A stretch of 64,000 nt of DNA from contig CBDBLR010000003.1 of NCBI GenBank assembly GCA_965207115.1, positions 649,379-713,378 on the forward strand, in the 5' to 3' direction. The notes beneath the pieces were generated by a model. The model worked only from the letters and a program-made list of their open reading frames with translations. It had not been told where the DNA came from and searched no databases. This DNA comes from Dehalococcoidia bacterium (lineage in GTDB: Bacteria; Chloroflexota; Dehalococcoidia; UBA6926). Below are positions 1-10,990 of this stretch, piece by piece (position 1 is the first letter of the stretch; each line of letters begins with the position of its first letter). Made by a program: the position numbers and the translations under genes.

Positions 1-1
1 G

Positions 2-922
2 ATCATGTCATGGTCGGGCTTGAAGGATGACGATGCCGTCGAAAACCGCATGGTCTCGCGGGCCTTTGAGAATGCGCAGGTGCGTGTTGAGGGCAACAAC
101 TTTGAAGTGCGCAAGCACCTGGTCGAATATGACGACGTAATCAACCGTCAGCGCTCCATCGTCTATTCAGAGCGCGCCAAGGTTCTGCAATCAGAAGACT
201 TGCGTGAAAACATCCGGCAGATGATTGCGGACGAGTGCGCCTTCATCGTTGACGGGCACCTGGAAGACCGCGACCCGGCCAACTGGGATGTAGAGGGATT
301 TGTCACAGCGGCCCGCGCCGCCTTTCCCACTCCCGAATGGCTCGAGGCAGGGCAGATCCTTGATCTGACACGAAGCGAGATTACGGACGAGTTGATCGAA
401 TACGCGCTGGCCGTCTATGAGGAAATCGAAGAGAGGTTTGGCGCGGAACGGCTGCGGGAACTGGAGAGCCTTGTTCTGCTGCAGACGCTCGACAACCTCT
501 GGGTTCAGCACCTGACAGCTATGGAGCAGATGCGCCTGAGCGCCGGACTACAAGCGTACGGGCAGCGCAATCCGCTGGTCATGTATCGGCAGGAAAGCCA
601 CGGCATGTTCCAGGAGCTGATGGACCGCCTTCGCAACGGGGTTGTCCGCACCGTGCTCCATCTTGATGTGACGGCACAGCCGGTACGGCCAACAACCCTT
701 ACCGCCCCGAACGGCGTCGCGGCAAATGGCGGGGTGGCGGCGCGCGGCGCGATGACCGAAAGCCCGATGGCGTCTCAACAGCGTGACGCGAGCGGGCAGG
801 CGCCTGACGCCCAAGCCGCGCGCGGCCCGGTTCGACGCGCCACTCCCAAGATTAGGCGCAATGATCCCTGCTACTGCGGCAGCGGCCTCAAGTACAAGAG
901 ATGCCACGGAGTGGCCGCCTGA
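2..922 (+). CDS. secA: preprotein translocase SecA, C-terminal ~305 aa (5' end lies upstream of window)
   Basis: Reading frame is open from the first base of the window; the product ends with the [14 protein letters not shown] zinc-binding tail typical of the SecA C-terminus. Confidence 0.8.
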   Translation: MMSWSGLKDDDAVENRMVSRAFENAQVRVEGNNFEVRKHLVEYDDVINRQRSIVYSERAKVLQSEDLRENIRQMIADECAFIVDGHLEDRDPANWDVEGFVTAARAAFPTPEWLEAGQILDLTRSEITDELIEYALAVYEEIEERFGAERLRELESLVLLQTLDNLWVQHLTAMEQMRLSAGLQAYGQRNPLVMYRQESHGMFQELMDRLRNGVVRTVLHLDVTAQPVRPTTLTAPNGVAANGGVAARGAMTESPMASQQRDASGQAPDAQAARGPVRRATPKIRRNDPCYCGSGLKYKRCHGVAA

Positions 923-968
923 TGTGCCGCCTTCCGGGAACACCGACGATCCCGACGGCTGAGTCGCT

Positions 969-1724
969 ATGACTCCGCAGTCGCGAACCTCCGCGCAGAC
1001 GGTTGTGGACGTTGAGCCGCCGCATCTCAACGAGGGTGAGGATCATCGTCCCGCGCAGGAAATCGTCGACTCGTTCGTCGAGGACGTGCGCGGCGGTGAG
1101 AACTGGTTTCTGGCCCTGCTCAATGCCGTCTCCGAATGGAGCGCGCCGAGCGAGGAACTGAAGGGTCGCACATACACCTATGTCATAGCAGGTGAGGCCT
1201 TTGACTGGCTGCTGCTCGCCGAGCGGCTCATTCAAACGGCGGGCGACGTGATACCCGAGCAAGAGGCGACACGGCTGCTGTTCGAGGGCAAGGCGCCCGT
1301 TCATATCAACGCCGACCTCTTTCGCCGCTGCATCGGCCACGGCAAGCACGCCGCCCACCTGAACTTCATGTACGGAATCGTGGTGGAGGAGGCTTTGCAG
1401 CAGGCCATCATTGAGGAGGTCGCCAAGGCGCAGCAGAATCTCGGCTCTCGTGAGAACTACATTGAGGACGAGGCCATGACGCGGCTCTATGGCGCGCCGA
1501 CCGCAGATCTCCGCACGGAGTTCCGCCTCGCGACAGGCCGCAAAGGCAATGTTCCCGTCCGCACCTCATTGGACGAATTCAAGACATTCACGTACTGGCT
1601 GTTCAAGCGGCGTGTCTCCAAGAGCGATCCGGCGCGCCTGGCAAGCGATACGCGAAAGGGCATCCTCGTTCTTGAGCGCATCAAGCCGCCCCTGTGGCAG
1701 TGGTCGCAAGGAGAGAACGAGTAG
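969..1724 (+). CDS. hypothetical protein (251 aa)
   Basis: Long ORF with coding-like composition and no recognisable motifs. Confidence 0.4.
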   Translation: MTPQSRTSAQTVVDVEPPHLNEGEDHRPAQEIVDSFVEDVRGGENWFLALLNAVSEWSAPSEELKGRTYTYVIAGEAFDWLLLAERLIQTAGDVIPEQEATRLLFEGKAPVHINADLFRRCIGHGKHAAHLNFMYGIVVEEALQQAIIEEVAKAQQNLGSRENYIEDEAMTRLYGAPTADLRTEFRLATGRKGNVPVRTSLDEFKTFTYWLFKRRVSKSDPARLASDTRKGILVLERIKPPLWQWSQGENE

Positions 1725-1804
1725 GCGAACGCCGTCGTTCCTGGCGGCAACAGGGAATTGTGGGCGCTCGAGTGCGTCCGCGCAGGGAAACGGGGAGACG
1801 CAGG

Positions 1805-3901
1805 GTGCCGAATCGCCTGATCAATGAGACAAGCCCGTATCTACAGCAGCACGCGCACAACCCCGTGGACTGGTACCCGTGGGGGCAGGACGCGTTGGCG
1901 GCGGCGCAGGAACGCGACGTGCCTATCTTTCTCAGCATCGGCTATTCATCCTGCCACTGGTGCCATGTCATGGAACGGGAATCGTTTGAAAACGATGACA
2001 CGGCCAAGCTCCTCAATGACAATTTCGTTTCTATAAAGGTGGACAGGGAAGAGCGGCCTGACATCGACTCCGTGTACATGGACGCCGTGCAGGCGTTGTC
2101 AGGTCACGGAGGCTGGCCGTTGAGCGTGTTCCTGACGCCGGACGGTTCGCCGTTCTTCGGCGGCACGTACTATCCACCGGAGGACCGCCCCGGAATGCCC
2201 GGTTTCCCACGTGTCCTGACCACCGTGCTGGAGGCGTACAGCGCGCGGAAGACTGAGATAAAGGAGGCGGGCCAGAACATCGTCGACCACCTCCGCCGCG
2301 CCACCGTCGCCTCAAGCGGGCAAGACTCGTTGCTGTCAAAGGACCTGTTCGGGGAGGCGTTTGCGCGGCTCAGCGGCTCGTTCGACGCGGCGAACGGCGG
2401 ATTCATGGCCGCGCCCAAGTTCCCGCAGCCCATGCTGCTCGAATTCCTGATGCGCTATATCTCCGCCAACGATGACGATGCCAACGCCCGCGCAATCCTT
2501 GAGACCACGCTGGAGCACATGGCGGCGGGCGGGCTGTATGACCAACTCGGCGGCGGGTTTCACCGCTACAGCACGGACGCGCAATGGCTGGTGCCGCACT
2601 TTGAAAAGATGCTGTACGACAACGCCTTGCTCGTCGGCGTCTATCTTCATGCCTGGCAGCTCACCAAGCGGGACGACATTCGGCTTGTCGTAGAGGAGAC
2701 TATCGATTTCCTCTTGAGAGAGATGGTGTCGCCCGAGGGAGGTTTCTACTCCACGTTGGACGCGGACAGCGAGGGCGAGGAGGGCAAGTTCTACGTCTGG
2801 ACGCCGGCTGAAATCAGCGCGGCACTGGGCGATGAGCCTGCCACGGCCCTGTTCAGCGACGCGTACGGCGTGACCGAGTCCGGCAACTTTGAAGACAGTG
2901 GCTCGACCGTCCTTAGCCGCGTAGCGTCCGACGATGATCTGGCCGCACGACACAACATGTCCGTTGAAGATGTGGGGGCGTCTCTCTCCCGCTCGCGGCT
3001 GGCCTTACGGGAAGCACGAGAGGGCAGGGTGTGGCCTTTCCGCGACGAGAAGGTTCTGACCGGCTGGAACGGGCTTATGCTGCGGGCGATTGCGGAGGCA
3101 GCGGGGGCGCTCGGCAGGGAAGACTACCGCACCGCCGCCGAGAAGCAGGCAGGGTTCCTGGTTGAGACGATGCGGACACCGGAGGGACGCCTCCTGCGAA
3201 CGTACAAGGACGGCGAGGCTCGCATCTCTGCCTATCTTGAAGATCACGCCAACCTTGCCAACGGCCTGCTCTCGCTCTTTGAAATCACCTTTGATAGGCG
3301 CTGGCTTGATGAAGCGATCTCGCTGGCGGACAGCATCATCGAACTCTTCTGGGACGACTCGGCATCACTCTTCTATGACATTGGGAGCGACGCGGAGACA
3401 CTCGTGGTGCGCCCCCGCACCGTGTTGGACAACGCGACCCCGTCCGGCGGCGCTGCGGCTGCGGAACTCCTGCTGCGCCTTCATGCCCTCACCGGCAACG
3501 GTACCTACCACGACATTGCAGAACGGGCGCTGCGCAGCGTCCACATGTATCTGTCACGCTACCCCACGGCCGTAGGCCATTGGCTCGCCGCGCTCGATTT
3601 CGCTATCGGCTCCACCAAGGAGATTGCGCTCATCGGCGACAGGGCGGCGGATGACATGGGCGAGCTGCTGGACGCTCTGTATACGCGGTTCATGCCTAAC
3701 AAGATTGTGGTTGCCGCCACGCCGGATGAGGCGTTCGAATGGGGCGATCTGCCCGTGCTGGACGGCCGCTCCATGATCAATGAGAAGGCGACCGCCTACG
3801 TCTGCGAGAATTTTATCTGCATGCTGCCTGTCACAACGGTTGAGGGCTTCCTTGAGCAGCTTGACGCGCCGCCGCCAACGGTCCAGTTCCTCGCGCCGTA
3901 G
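1805..3901 (+). CDS. thioredoxin-domain protein of the YyaL/DUF255 family (N-acylglucosamine 2-epimerase-like body)
   Basis: N-terminal NPVDWYPWG...[18 protein letters not shown] thioredoxin-like CxxC segment followed by a ~600-aa alpha/alpha-toroid-like region. In-frame GTG at 1805 chosen because the ATG ORF start (1694) would overlap the upstream gene by 31 nt. Confidence 0.75.
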   Translation: MPNRLINETSPYLQQHAHNPVDWYPWGQDALAAAQERDVPIFLSIGYSSCHWCHVMERESFENDDTAKLLNDNFVSIKVDREERPDIDSVYMDAVQALSGHGGWPLSVFLTPDGSPFFGGTYYPPEDRPGMPGFPRVLTTVLEAYSARKTEIKEAGQNIVDHLRRATVASSGQDSLLSKDLFGEAFARLSGSFDAANGGFMAAPKFPQPMLLEFLMRYISANDDDANARAILETTLEHMAAGGLYDQLGGGFHRYSTDAQWLVPHFEKMLYDNALLVGVYLHAWQLTKRDDIRLVVEETIDFLLREMVSPEGGFYSTLDADSEGEEGKFYVWTPAEISAALGDEPATALFSDAYGVTESGNFEDSGSTVLSRVASDDDLAARHNMSVEDVGASLSRSRLALREAREGRVWPFRDEKVLTGWNGLMLRAIAEAAGALGREDYRTAAEKQAGFLVETMRTPEGRLLRTYKDGEARISAYLEDHANLANGLLSLFEITFDRRWLDEAISLADSIIELFWDDSASLFYDIGSDAETLVVRPRTVLDNATPSGGAAAAELLLRLHALTGNGTYHDIAERALRSVHMYLSRYPTAVGHWLAALDFAIGSTKEIALIGDRAADDMGELLDALYTRFMPNKIVVAATPDEAFEWGDLPVLDGRSMINEKATAYVCENFICMLPVTTVEGFLEQLDAPPPTVQFLAP

Positions 3902-3913
3902 CGCAGTGACGGC

Positions 3914-4408
3914 ATGGAGCGACTGTTTACCCCGTGGAGGGCGGAATTCGTGACAGGCCAGACCGGAGAGCAGGGCACGCCTGCCTGCTTCCTCTGTGAG
4001 AATCCAGTTCTCGACAAGGACGATGAACTGTACATCCTCCATCGCGCCGAGCGTTCGTTTATCATCCTGAATCTCTATCCGTATAACACCGGCCACCTGA
4101 TGATTGCGCCGTACGAGCACATCGGCGCTTTGGAAGAGTTGCCTGCGGAGACCGGCGCGGAGATGTGGGCGCTCGCTCAGCGGAGCGTGGGCATCATCAA
4201 AGGGGAGTACGGCCCGGACGGATTCAACGTCGGAATGAACATCGGCCGTTTGGCGGGCGCGGGCGTGCCGGGACACCTGCATCTACATGTCGTGCCACGC
4301 TGGGGCGGCGACACGAATTTCATGGCGGTGGTCGGCGAGACGAAACTAGTCCCGGAGAGCCTTAACCAGACGTATGCGCGGCTAAGGCCGCTGTTTGAGG
4401 CGGGCTAA
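3914..4408 (+). CDS. HIT-family (histidine triad) nucleotide hydrolase/transferase
   Basis: HLHLHVVPRW histidine-triad motif near the C-terminus; 164 aa. Confidence 0.8.
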   Translation: MERLFTPWRAEFVTGQTGEQGTPACFLCENPVLDKDDELYILHRAERSFIILNLYPYNTGHLMIAPYEHIGALEELPAETGAEMWALAQRSVGIIKGEYGPDGFNVGMNIGRLAGAGVPGHLHLHVVPRWGGDTNFMAVVGETKLVPESLNQTYARLRPLFEAG

Positions 4409-4458
4409 GAGGGAATCCTGGATCCCCGCATTCGCGGGAATGACGGAGTGGTGGCGGG

Positions 4459-4713
4459 CTATCGGTGCTCGGGGACGGGCGGCTCCGGGATGGTTCCGCC
4501 CAGGACGCGCTCAATCGCCATCACATGACTGCAAGAACTCCAGCCCTCGAAGAAGTCGCAGTCGCACGTAAAGACGCCGTCCGTGAGTTCAACGACGTGC
4601 TCGCTGTTGTCGCCAGAAATTCGGACGCGAAACGACTCGAACCTAATTCGGTCGTCTCGTTCCTCGGCGTACTTCCGCGCCTTTTCGATCTTGCTGATCA
4701 GGCTGGAATTCAT
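4459..4713 (-). CDS. SWIM zinc-finger domain protein (84 aa)
   Basis: CDCDFFEGWSSCSH matches the CxCx(n)CxH SWIM signature. Confidence 0.5.
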   Translation of the reverse strand: MNSSLISKIEKARKYAEERDDRIRFESFRVRISGDNSEHVVELTDGVFTCDCDFFEGWSSCSHVMAIERVLGGTIPEPPVPEHR

Positions 4714-4916
4714 CTGCAGAAACCCCCTTGAGCCTCGGTCGATTCAGGAGTCAAGCTACCCTAATCCCATTTTGTCGATGGGTGAAAGACCGGATTTTGT
4801 TGTCCCGCGCTGCCATCGGATTGGGTCATGCTACGTTCTGGGGGGTCTTGGGTCAAGGGCATAGACGCCAAATTTCATGGCCGCGCCCGCGTGGGGCGGA
4901 ACTTGCCGATGTTAGG

Positions 4917-5657
4917 ATGAGAACTGCTATGGCGCGCATTCGGGCAATCTCTCTGGATTTCTACAACACCATCGTGAGGTTCGAGCCGCGACGCGAGCAG
5001 ATACAGGCCGCTTCCTGCGCCGAATTCGGCATCACATTGGACACGAACTCCGTCCTCCGTGCTTACCCGGCCGCCGACCAGTTTCTCTCAGAGGAGAATG
5101 GGAAACTTCCCCTGAGTCGCCGTACGCCGGAGGACGTGAGGGAGTTGTGGGGGCGGTACGAGATGCTGCTGCTCGCCGGCGCCGGAGTGACGGTGGACCT
5201 TGAATTGGCAAGCCGTATCTTTGAGCGGGTTTGGGAGGCTCGGCAGGGATTCGCGATGTTCCCGGATGTTGTGCCGTCGCTGCAGGCGCTCCGGGAGAAC
5301 GGGTACTCCATTGGTGTCATCACCAACTTTGAGGGAGGGCTTGCCCAGACGCTCTTGGATCTTGGCATCGCTGAGTACATGTCCTTTGCGGTCACGTCGG
5401 AGGAGATCGGTGTTGCCAAGCCCAACGCTCCGATATTTGAGGAGGCGCTGAAGCGGGCAGGGGCGAGCGCCGATGAGGTTGTCCATGTGGGCGATCAGCC
5501 GCTTGCGGACGTGCAGGGCCCGGCAGCGGTTGGTATTTTACCCATTCTTCTGGATAGGGACGGCGTATTCGAGGGCTACAAGGATGCCCGCGTGATCAGC
5601 TCACTGGAGGAGTTGCCGGACCTCCTGGACCGCCTCAACGCTGAATGGACTTCCTGA
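4917..5657 (+). CDS. HAD-superfamily hydrolase
   Basis: ISLDFYNT (DxYxT motif I), GVITNFEGG and VGDQPLADV motifs of haloacid dehalogenase-like phosphatases. Internal ATG at 4917 preferred over the ORF start at 4728. Confidence 0.65.
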   Translation: MRTAMARIRAISLDFYNTIVRFEPRREQIQAASCAEFGITLDTNSVLRAYPAADQFLSEENGKLPLSRRTPEDVRELWGRYEMLLLAGAGVTVDLELASRIFERVWEARQGFAMFPDVVPSLQALRENGYSIGVITNFEGGLAQTLLDLGIAEYMSFAVTSEEIGVAKPNAPIFEEALKRAGASADEVVHVGDQPLADVQGPAAVGILPILLDRDGVFEGYKDARVISSLEELPDLLDRLNAEWTS

Positions 5658-6556
5658 ATATATTCATAAGCGTCGTCTTCCCCGTCTTCCTGATGGCGGC
5701 GGTCGGCGCGCTTGTTCACCGGTTCAGGCCAATCTCACCGGAGCCGCTGAGCCAGGCAATCCTCTTCATCTTCAGCCCGGCGCTCGTGTTCAACGGCCTC
5801 GCTACCACACAGGTTGCGTTAGAGGACCTCGCCCGCATCGCCGTGTTCAGCCTGCTGCTGCTTTCGTCTCTGTACATCATTGCCAGCCTGGTCGCCCGCG
5901 CGATGAGGGTGCCCAAGGATGCCCAGACGACGTTCGTGATTGCGGCGCTGTTTATGAACGCGGGCAACTATGGCCTGCCGGTGGCGTTATTCGCGTTCGG
6001 CGACGAGGGTCTGGCCATAGCCGTCGTGTTCTTCGTGACGCAGGCCATCCTCGCGTGGACAGTAGGGGCGTTTATCGCCTCCCGGGCCCAATCGAATCTG
6101 GTCGGCTCTCTCATCTCCGTGGCCAAGCTGCCCACCAGTTACGCCGCGGTCGGTGGGCTCGCCGTCAGCATGTTGGCCATCGACCTGCCGGACTATATCC
6201 AGCAGCCCGCGCAGATCATGGGCGACGCGGCCATACCGGCCATGCTGATCGTGCTCGGGATTCAGCTTGCGTCGACGCGTGAGATGGCGGGAGCGCGGGC
6301 TATAGCAGGAGTTGTCGCCATCCGGTTGGTGCTTTCTTCCCTCGTGGCGTATGGACTTGTTCAGTTGCTGCAATTCGACGATCTGACTGCGAAGGTGCTC
6401 ATTGTCGTTGCCGGAATGCCGACGGCCGTCCTGACCATCATCCTGGCGACCCAGTACAAGGGCAGACCGGAGCTTGCGAGCGGGATCGTGGTGGCAGGGA
6501 CGCTTGGCAGCCTCGTCTCCGTGACCGTTGTGCTTTCGCTGGTGGGAGCGGCTTGA
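5645..6556 (+). CDS. AEC-family (auxin efflux carrier-type) membrane transporter
   Basis: 303 aa, about 10 hydrophobic segments, N-terminus MDFLNIFISVVFPVF typical of AEC/malonate-type permeases. Confidence 0.6.
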   Translation: MDFLNIFISVVFPVFLMAAVGALVHRFRPISPEPLSQAILFIFSPALVFNGLATTQVALEDLARIAVFSLLLLSSLYIIASLVARAMRVPKDAQTTFVIAALFMNAGNYGLPVALFAFGDEGLAIAVVFFVTQAILAWTVGAFIASRAQSNLVGSLISVAKLPTSYAAVGGLAVSMLAIDLPDYIQQPAQIMGDAAIPAMLIVLGIQLASTREMAGARAIAGVVAIRLVLSSLVAYGLVQLLQFDDLTAKVLIVVAGMPTAVLTIILATQYKGRPELASGIVVAGTLGSLVSVTVVLSLVGAA

Positions 6557-6566
6557 CGCGACGACG

Positions 6567-7391
6567 TTAGGCGGACGAGCGGGCGGCCTCTATCTGCGTG
6601 CGAAGACTCTCCGCGGCGGCGCGGGCGGCGTCCGCAAAGTCCGGGCCCTTGGATGCATACAGGATTCCCCGCGACGAATTGACAAGCACGCCGCCGCCGT
6701 CTGCATCAAGGGTCGCCGACAGGGCCGACTCAAGCTCACCACCCTGGGTGCCGACGCCGGGAACGAGGAAAGGCATGTCGGGGCAAATCTCACGGATCCT
6801 TTGCGCTTCGGACGGGTACGTCGCGCCCGTCACGAGGCCAATGTTGCCGTTCGTGTCCCACGAGTTACTAAGGTGGGCGACGGCTTCGTAAAGGGGCATC
6901 GTGGCACTGTCGTAGGCGGCGTTGAGACCCTGCAGGTCCGCACCGCCGGGGTTGGAGGTGCGACACAGGATGAACACTCCCTTGTCCTCATAATCAAGGA
7001 ACGGTTGAAGGCTATCCCGCCCGAGAAACGGATTGACGGTGATGGCATCAAAGCCAATCGTCTCGAACAATCCCTTCGCGTAGAAGCGAGCGGAGTTGCC
7101 GATGTCGTTGCGCTTGGCGTCGCCGAGCACAGGCACGCGCCCGTTGACGTGGTCGACGATTCTCTCAAGCGCTGCGTATCCTGCCGAGCCATGCGCTTCA
7201 TAAAACGAGAGATTCGGCTTGTAGGCAGAAACAAGATCAATCGTGGCGTCGATGATTGCGATGCAGAAGTCCGCAATGTCGCGGCCGTTCAACTCGGCGG
7301 GGTCAGGGTCAAGGCCGACGCACAGCAGGGAGCTGTTGCGCTCGCTCGCCTCGCTCAGCCGCTGCCGAAACGTCATCGTAGCCGTGGTCAT
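6567..7391 (-). CDS. pyrF: orotidine-5'-phosphate decarboxylase, type 2
   Basis: LLCVGLDPD substrate-binding motif and overall long-form OMP decarboxylase architecture. Start chosen at the MTTATMTF Met rather than the ORF-maximal Met at 7430. Confidence 0.8.
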   Translation of the reverse strand: MTTATMTFRQRLSEASERNSSLLCVGLDPDPAELNGRDIADFCIAIIDATIDLVSAYKPNLSFYEAHGSAGYAALERIVDHVNGRVPVLGDAKRNDIGNSARFYAKGLFETIGFDAITVNPFLGRDSLQPFLDYEDKGVFILCRTSNPGGADLQGLNAAYDSATMPLYEAVAHLSNSWDTNGNIGLVTGATYPSEAQRIREICPDMPFLVPGVGTQGGELESALSATLDADGGGVLVNSSRGILYASKGPDFADAARAAAESLRTQIEAARSSA

Positions 7392-7465
7392 CACTGCCCC
7401 TTTCCTTTTCTCGCAGCCCCCAGATTCCATCGTACCTTACGGACTGGCACGCCTATAATCTCTAC

Positions 7466-8053
7466 GTGACCATATCAGTGCTTGGAATCGCAGGTGGGAC
7501 GCGGCGCGGCGGCAACAGCGAGACGCTGCTGGAGCGGGCGCTTGCGGGGGCGCGAGACGCCGGCGCGGACACGGAACTCATTAGCCTCCTCGATCTTTCC
7601 ATCAACCCCTGCATCTGCCCGCAGTCCGAAGACTGTATGCTCACCGGCGTTTGCACGGTGCTGGATGACATGCAGGGTCTTTACGCCAAGCTCCGGGCCG
7701 TCGACCTGATCTACATCGCCTTCCCTGTGACGTTTCGTGGCGTGCCCGCTCAGACCAAGGTGCTTTACGACCGAACGCAGCCAATGTGGATCCGCAAGTA
7801 CGTGATGGGGCAGCAATTGCGGGGAAGCGAAGAGGCGGGAAGGGCGCTCATCATCGCCACCGCCGACCGCGATGATCCCACGGAGTTTGACGGCGCGGTG
7901 CAGGCCACGCGTTCGTGGTTGGTGAGTATGCACTTCCTTGAGGCGGAGCGACTGCTGGTTGCCGGCGTGGTGCGCCCCAACGACGTGCTGAACAAGCCTG
8001 ATGCTTTGGCGGAAGCATTTGAACTCGGCGCGAGGTTGGCCCGTGGCGACTAG
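7466..8053 (+). CDS. flavodoxin-fold NAD(P)H-dependent FMN reductase / iron-sulfur flavoprotein-like protein
   Basis: N-terminal ISVLGIAGGTRRGGNSE flavodoxin-like P-loop and a compact cysteine cluster CICPQSEDCMLTGVC resembling Isf-type proteins. A TATAAT -10-like box lies at ~7454. Confidence 0.5.
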   Translation: MTISVLGIAGGTRRGGNSETLLERALAGARDAGADTELISLLDLSINPCICPQSEDCMLTGVCTVLDDMQGLYAKLRAVDLIYIAFPVTFRGVPAQTKVLYDRTQPMWIRKYVMGQQLRGSEEAGRALIIATADRDDPTEFDGAVQATRSWLVSMHFLEAERLLVAGVVRPNDVLNKPDALAEAFELGARLARGD

Positions 8054-8750
8054 CAGGTCGCGACGTGGGCGGCAGAAGAAGCCGCTCAGTCTGCCTGAAC
8101 TCTATGACCGCCTCTTTGCCGAATATGGCGAACAGTATTGGTGGCCGGGCGAGACACCGTTCGAAGTGATGGTGGGCGCGATCCTGACGCAGAACACGGC
8201 GTGGACGAACGTGGAGAAGGCGATCTCTGCGCTGCGGGAGGCCGATGCTCTGAACCCCAAGGCGCTGCGGACTCTGCCACTCGAAGACATTGCCGCACTG
8301 ATTCGCCCGTCCGGGTATTTCAACGCCAAGGCTCTCAAACTGCGCGCGCTCGGAGATTATCTTGCCGGCTATGGCGATGACATCGAGAAAGTGTTCGCTT
8401 CCAAACCTCTCGACGAACTGCGAGGGGAGTTGCTGGCTCTCCACGGCGTTGGTCCGGAGACTGCGGATTCAATGCTGCTCTACGCCGGATACCTTCCGTC
8501 GTTCGTCATCGACGCCTACACCATTCGCGTGCTGAGTCGGCTGGGAATCATTGACGGGGACAGCAATCCAAAATATGAGGATGTGCGCGCCTTATTCCAG
8601 GGGTCTCTCCCGACGGACGTCCAGTTGTTCAATGAGTACCATGCGCTATTCGTGGCGCATGGCAAGGACGTGTGCAAGTCCCGAAAGCCCTTGTGTTCAG
8701 AATGCGTGCTGGTAGAGCTCTGCCCGGTAGGTAGCAGCGTTACGGCTTAG
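8043..8750 (+). CDS. HhH-GPD base-excision DNA glycosylase (endonuclease III family) with C-terminal 4Fe-4S cysteines
   Basis: YWWPGETPFEVMVGAILTQNTAW helix-hairpin-helix region and C-terminal CKSRKPLCSECVLVELC cluster. Start uncertain: ATG at 8001 overlaps the upstream gene, in-frame GTG at 8043 used. Confidence 0.6.
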   Translation: MATSRSRRGRQKKPLSLPELYDRLFAEYGEQYWWPGETPFEVMVGAILTQNTAWTNVEKAISALREADALNPKALRTLPLEDIAALIRPSGYFNAKALKLRALGDYLAGYGDDIEKVFASKPLDELRGELLALHGVGPETADSMLLYAGYLPSFVIDAYTIRVLSRLGIIDGDSNPKYEDVRALFQGSLPTDVQLFNEYHALFVAHGKDVCKSRKPLCSECVLVELCPVGSSVTA

Positions 8751-8803
8751 GTTTGCGTTTCGAGAGTTACCGGTTCCCGCGAAGGCGGGAAGGACAGAAG
8801 GGA

Positions 8804-9718
8804 CTAGTCAGTGCGGCGTTCGTCACCGATTGGGTAAACGTCCGTCAGGAACTGATAGAAGTCTGAATCGAGCGGAACCACAAGGGTTGTGCCGTCAGTC
8901 AAGGAAACCTCATATGCTTCAAGGGTTCTGACGAAGTGGTAGAAATCGCGGTCGGTGTCAATGGCTCGACCCTGGATTCCGATGGCCTCCGCTTCACCTT
9001 CACCACGAATGGTCCGCGCTCGCTCGTTGGCCTCCGCGAGAATCTGGGCGCGCTGCAGATCGGCTTCAGCCTCGATCTTGGCTCTTTCCTCTTCACCTTC
9101 GGCGCGGAAGCGGTTGGCGATACGGATTCGCTCCGAGCGCATCCGGTCGTAGACGCTGCTGGCAACCTCAGGCGGGAAGTCTGCTCCGACGATGCGGACG
9201 TCAACAACAGACATGCCGAATTCCTGTGCTTTGATGTCACTGCGCTCTGTGACGTTGCGCATGAGAGACTCACGGTTATCGCGGATGACTTCGATCTGAT
9301 CGTGCGTGGCGACCTCCTCACGGATTTCTGAGGAAATGATGGCCTCCAACCTGCCGCGAGCGCCCAACTCAGTGCGGACGACCTCGAAGAACTGCCGGGC
9401 GTTGATAATGCGGTAACGGGCGTAGGAGTCGATGATGAGAGCCTTTTTCTCGGCGGTCAGGAATTCGGACGGCTCCGAGTCAAACCGCAGCAGGCGCTTT
9501 TCTATCCGGTGTACAGACTCAATGAACGGCGTCTTGAAGCGGAGGCCGGGTTCGGTGGCCTCACGTCGATACTCTCCGAGGCGGGTAATGATGACCTGTT
9601 CAGTCTCGTCGACGACATACACGCCCTGACTGAGAAGAATAAGGAGGGCGCCTCCCACCAAGACGACGGCAATTGTGATCAGTCGCTGTATGTTCGGGCG
9701 TGCGGCGGGCTGCTGCAT
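8804..9718 (-). CDS. hflC: SPFH/band-7 protease modulator HflC
   Basis: Band-7 domain with N-terminal TM segment, immediately downstream of and co-oriented with the hflK-like gene. Confidence 0.75.
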   Translation of the reverse strand: MQQPAARPNIQRLITIAVVLVGGALLILLSQGVYVVDETEQVIITRLGEYRREATEPGLRFKTPFIESVHRIEKRLLRFDSEPSEFLTAEKKALIIDSYARYRIINARQFFEVVRTELGARGRLEAIISSEIREEVATHDQIEVIRDNRESLMRNVTERSDIKAQEFGMSVVDVRIVGADFPPEVASSVYDRMRSERIRIANRFRAEGEEERAKIEAEADLQRAQILAEANERARTIRGEGEAEAIGIQGRAIDTDRDFYHFVRTLEAYEVSLTDGTTLVVPLDSDFYQFLTDVYPIGDERRTD

Positions 9719-9720
9719 GA

Positions 9721-10860
9721 CTAGGCCCCCGCTGTTCCCTGGTCGGTCAGCGGCAGGAACGGCAGAACGTTGGCGCCGATTTCATCGTCGACGACGATAA
9801 CCTCGACCCTCGGGAGGATACGCTCCATCATTTCGATATAGAGGCGGCGACGTGTTGCTTCGGGGTGGCTGCGGTACTCACGCAGTCGCTCAAGGAACCG
9901 GCTGGCATTACCCGTCGCCTCACGCACGCGCTCTACCTTGAACGCCTCGGCTGCCTGGACAACGCGCGCGGCCTCACCGCGGGCACGGGGGACAATGTCT
10001 TCCCGATACGCCTCGCCTTCGTTGATGAATCGGGCGCGGTCCTCGCGGGCGCTGATGACGTCCTTGAAAGCCTCCTGTACTTCGTCAGGCGGCTGGACGT
10101 CCTGCAACTGCACGTTAATGACCATGATCCCGGTGCCGTAGTCATCCAGCAGCCGCTGCAAGAGCTGTTGCGTTTCAACTTGAACGACTTCCTTGCCGGT
10201 CGTCAGCACATCATCAATGGGTCGCTGCCCCACGACCTGCCTGAGTGCCGAGGCCGTGGCGTCTCGCAGAGTTTCCCCGTCGGGGTGTCCACCCTCTGAC
10301 GGATCCTTGACGTTGAAGAGGAATGCGCCGGCGTCACGGATACGGTATTGAACAACCAGCTGAGCATCGACGAGGTTCTCGTCGCCGGTGATCATGCGTG
10401 ACTCGGCAGATCTCTGAACGGCGCCCTCACCGGAACCAATCTCTCCGACGCTTCGGAATCCAAGCTCCATGCTCTGGACGCGCTGAATGCTCAATACGTC
10501 CTGTCGCTCCACAGGCCAGGGAATATGCCAGTGCAGCCCCTCTGTCTGTTGGTCGCCGTTCCAGTTTCCGAAAGTTCGGACGATGGCGACCTCACCGGGG
10601 TTGACGATGTAAATGCCGGAGCCAAGCCACACGAGGACGATGACCCCAAGAAGGATTCCGCCGATGCGGCCGATCGGCATAGCAGGGCGTTGACCGTCTC
10701 CTTCGGCAGCAGGGCGTCGGGGGGGGCCTTGGCTGTCGCCTGAGCCGCCACCCTTCAGCCGATTGATCAGGTCACGAATCGGGCGCAAAAGCTCATCGAG
10801 CTCGCTGTCACCCTCTCTGCGGGGTTGTCGCTGATAGCCCATGACGCGTGGTAACCGCAC
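9721..10860 (-). CDS. hflK: SPFH/band-7 protease modulator HflK
   Basis: Band-7 domain, Gly/Pro-rich N-terminal tail, single TM segment; 3-nt spacing to hflC. Confidence 0.75.
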   Translation of the reverse strand: MRLPRVMGYQRQPRREGDSELDELLRPIRDLINRLKGGGSGDSQGPPRRPAAEGDGQRPAMPIGRIGGILLGVIVLVWLGSGIYIVNPGEVAIVRTFGNWNGDQQTEGLHWHIPWPVERQDVLSIQRVQSMELGFRSVGEIGSGEGAVQRSAESRMITGDENLVDAQLVVQYRIRDAGAFLFNVKDPSEGGHPDGETLRDATASALRQVVGQRPIDDVLTTGKEVVQVETQQLLQRLLDDYGTGIMVINVQLQDVQPPDEVQEAFKDVISAREDRARFINEGEAYREDIVPRARGEAARVVQAAEAFKVERVREATGNASRFLERLREYRSHPEATRRRLYIEMMERILPRVEVIVVDDEIGANVLPFLPLTDQGTAGA

Positions 10861-10990
10861 TAGAGGGTGCGTCCCGCGTTTGCCGAGAAAATCGAAGTGA
10901 ACACTTTCACGCTCCCATTATAAGCAGATTGGGAGCGTGGTAGGGGAGAGTGCACGCCTTGAAGTTCCTGCCTCTAGACCAATTCAAAGG

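Noticed and set aside
4409-4458. Hairpin cccgcattcgcggg between the HIT gene and the SWIM gene as a terminator
   Set aside because: Short 5-bp stem with no flanking T-tract on either strand; too weak to call
7430-7466. TGGCAC element suggestive of a sigma-54 -24 box in the pyrF / flavoprotein divergent spacer
   Set aside because: No TTGC -12 element follows at the correct spacing; the adjacent TATAAT looks like an ordinary sigma-70 -10 box
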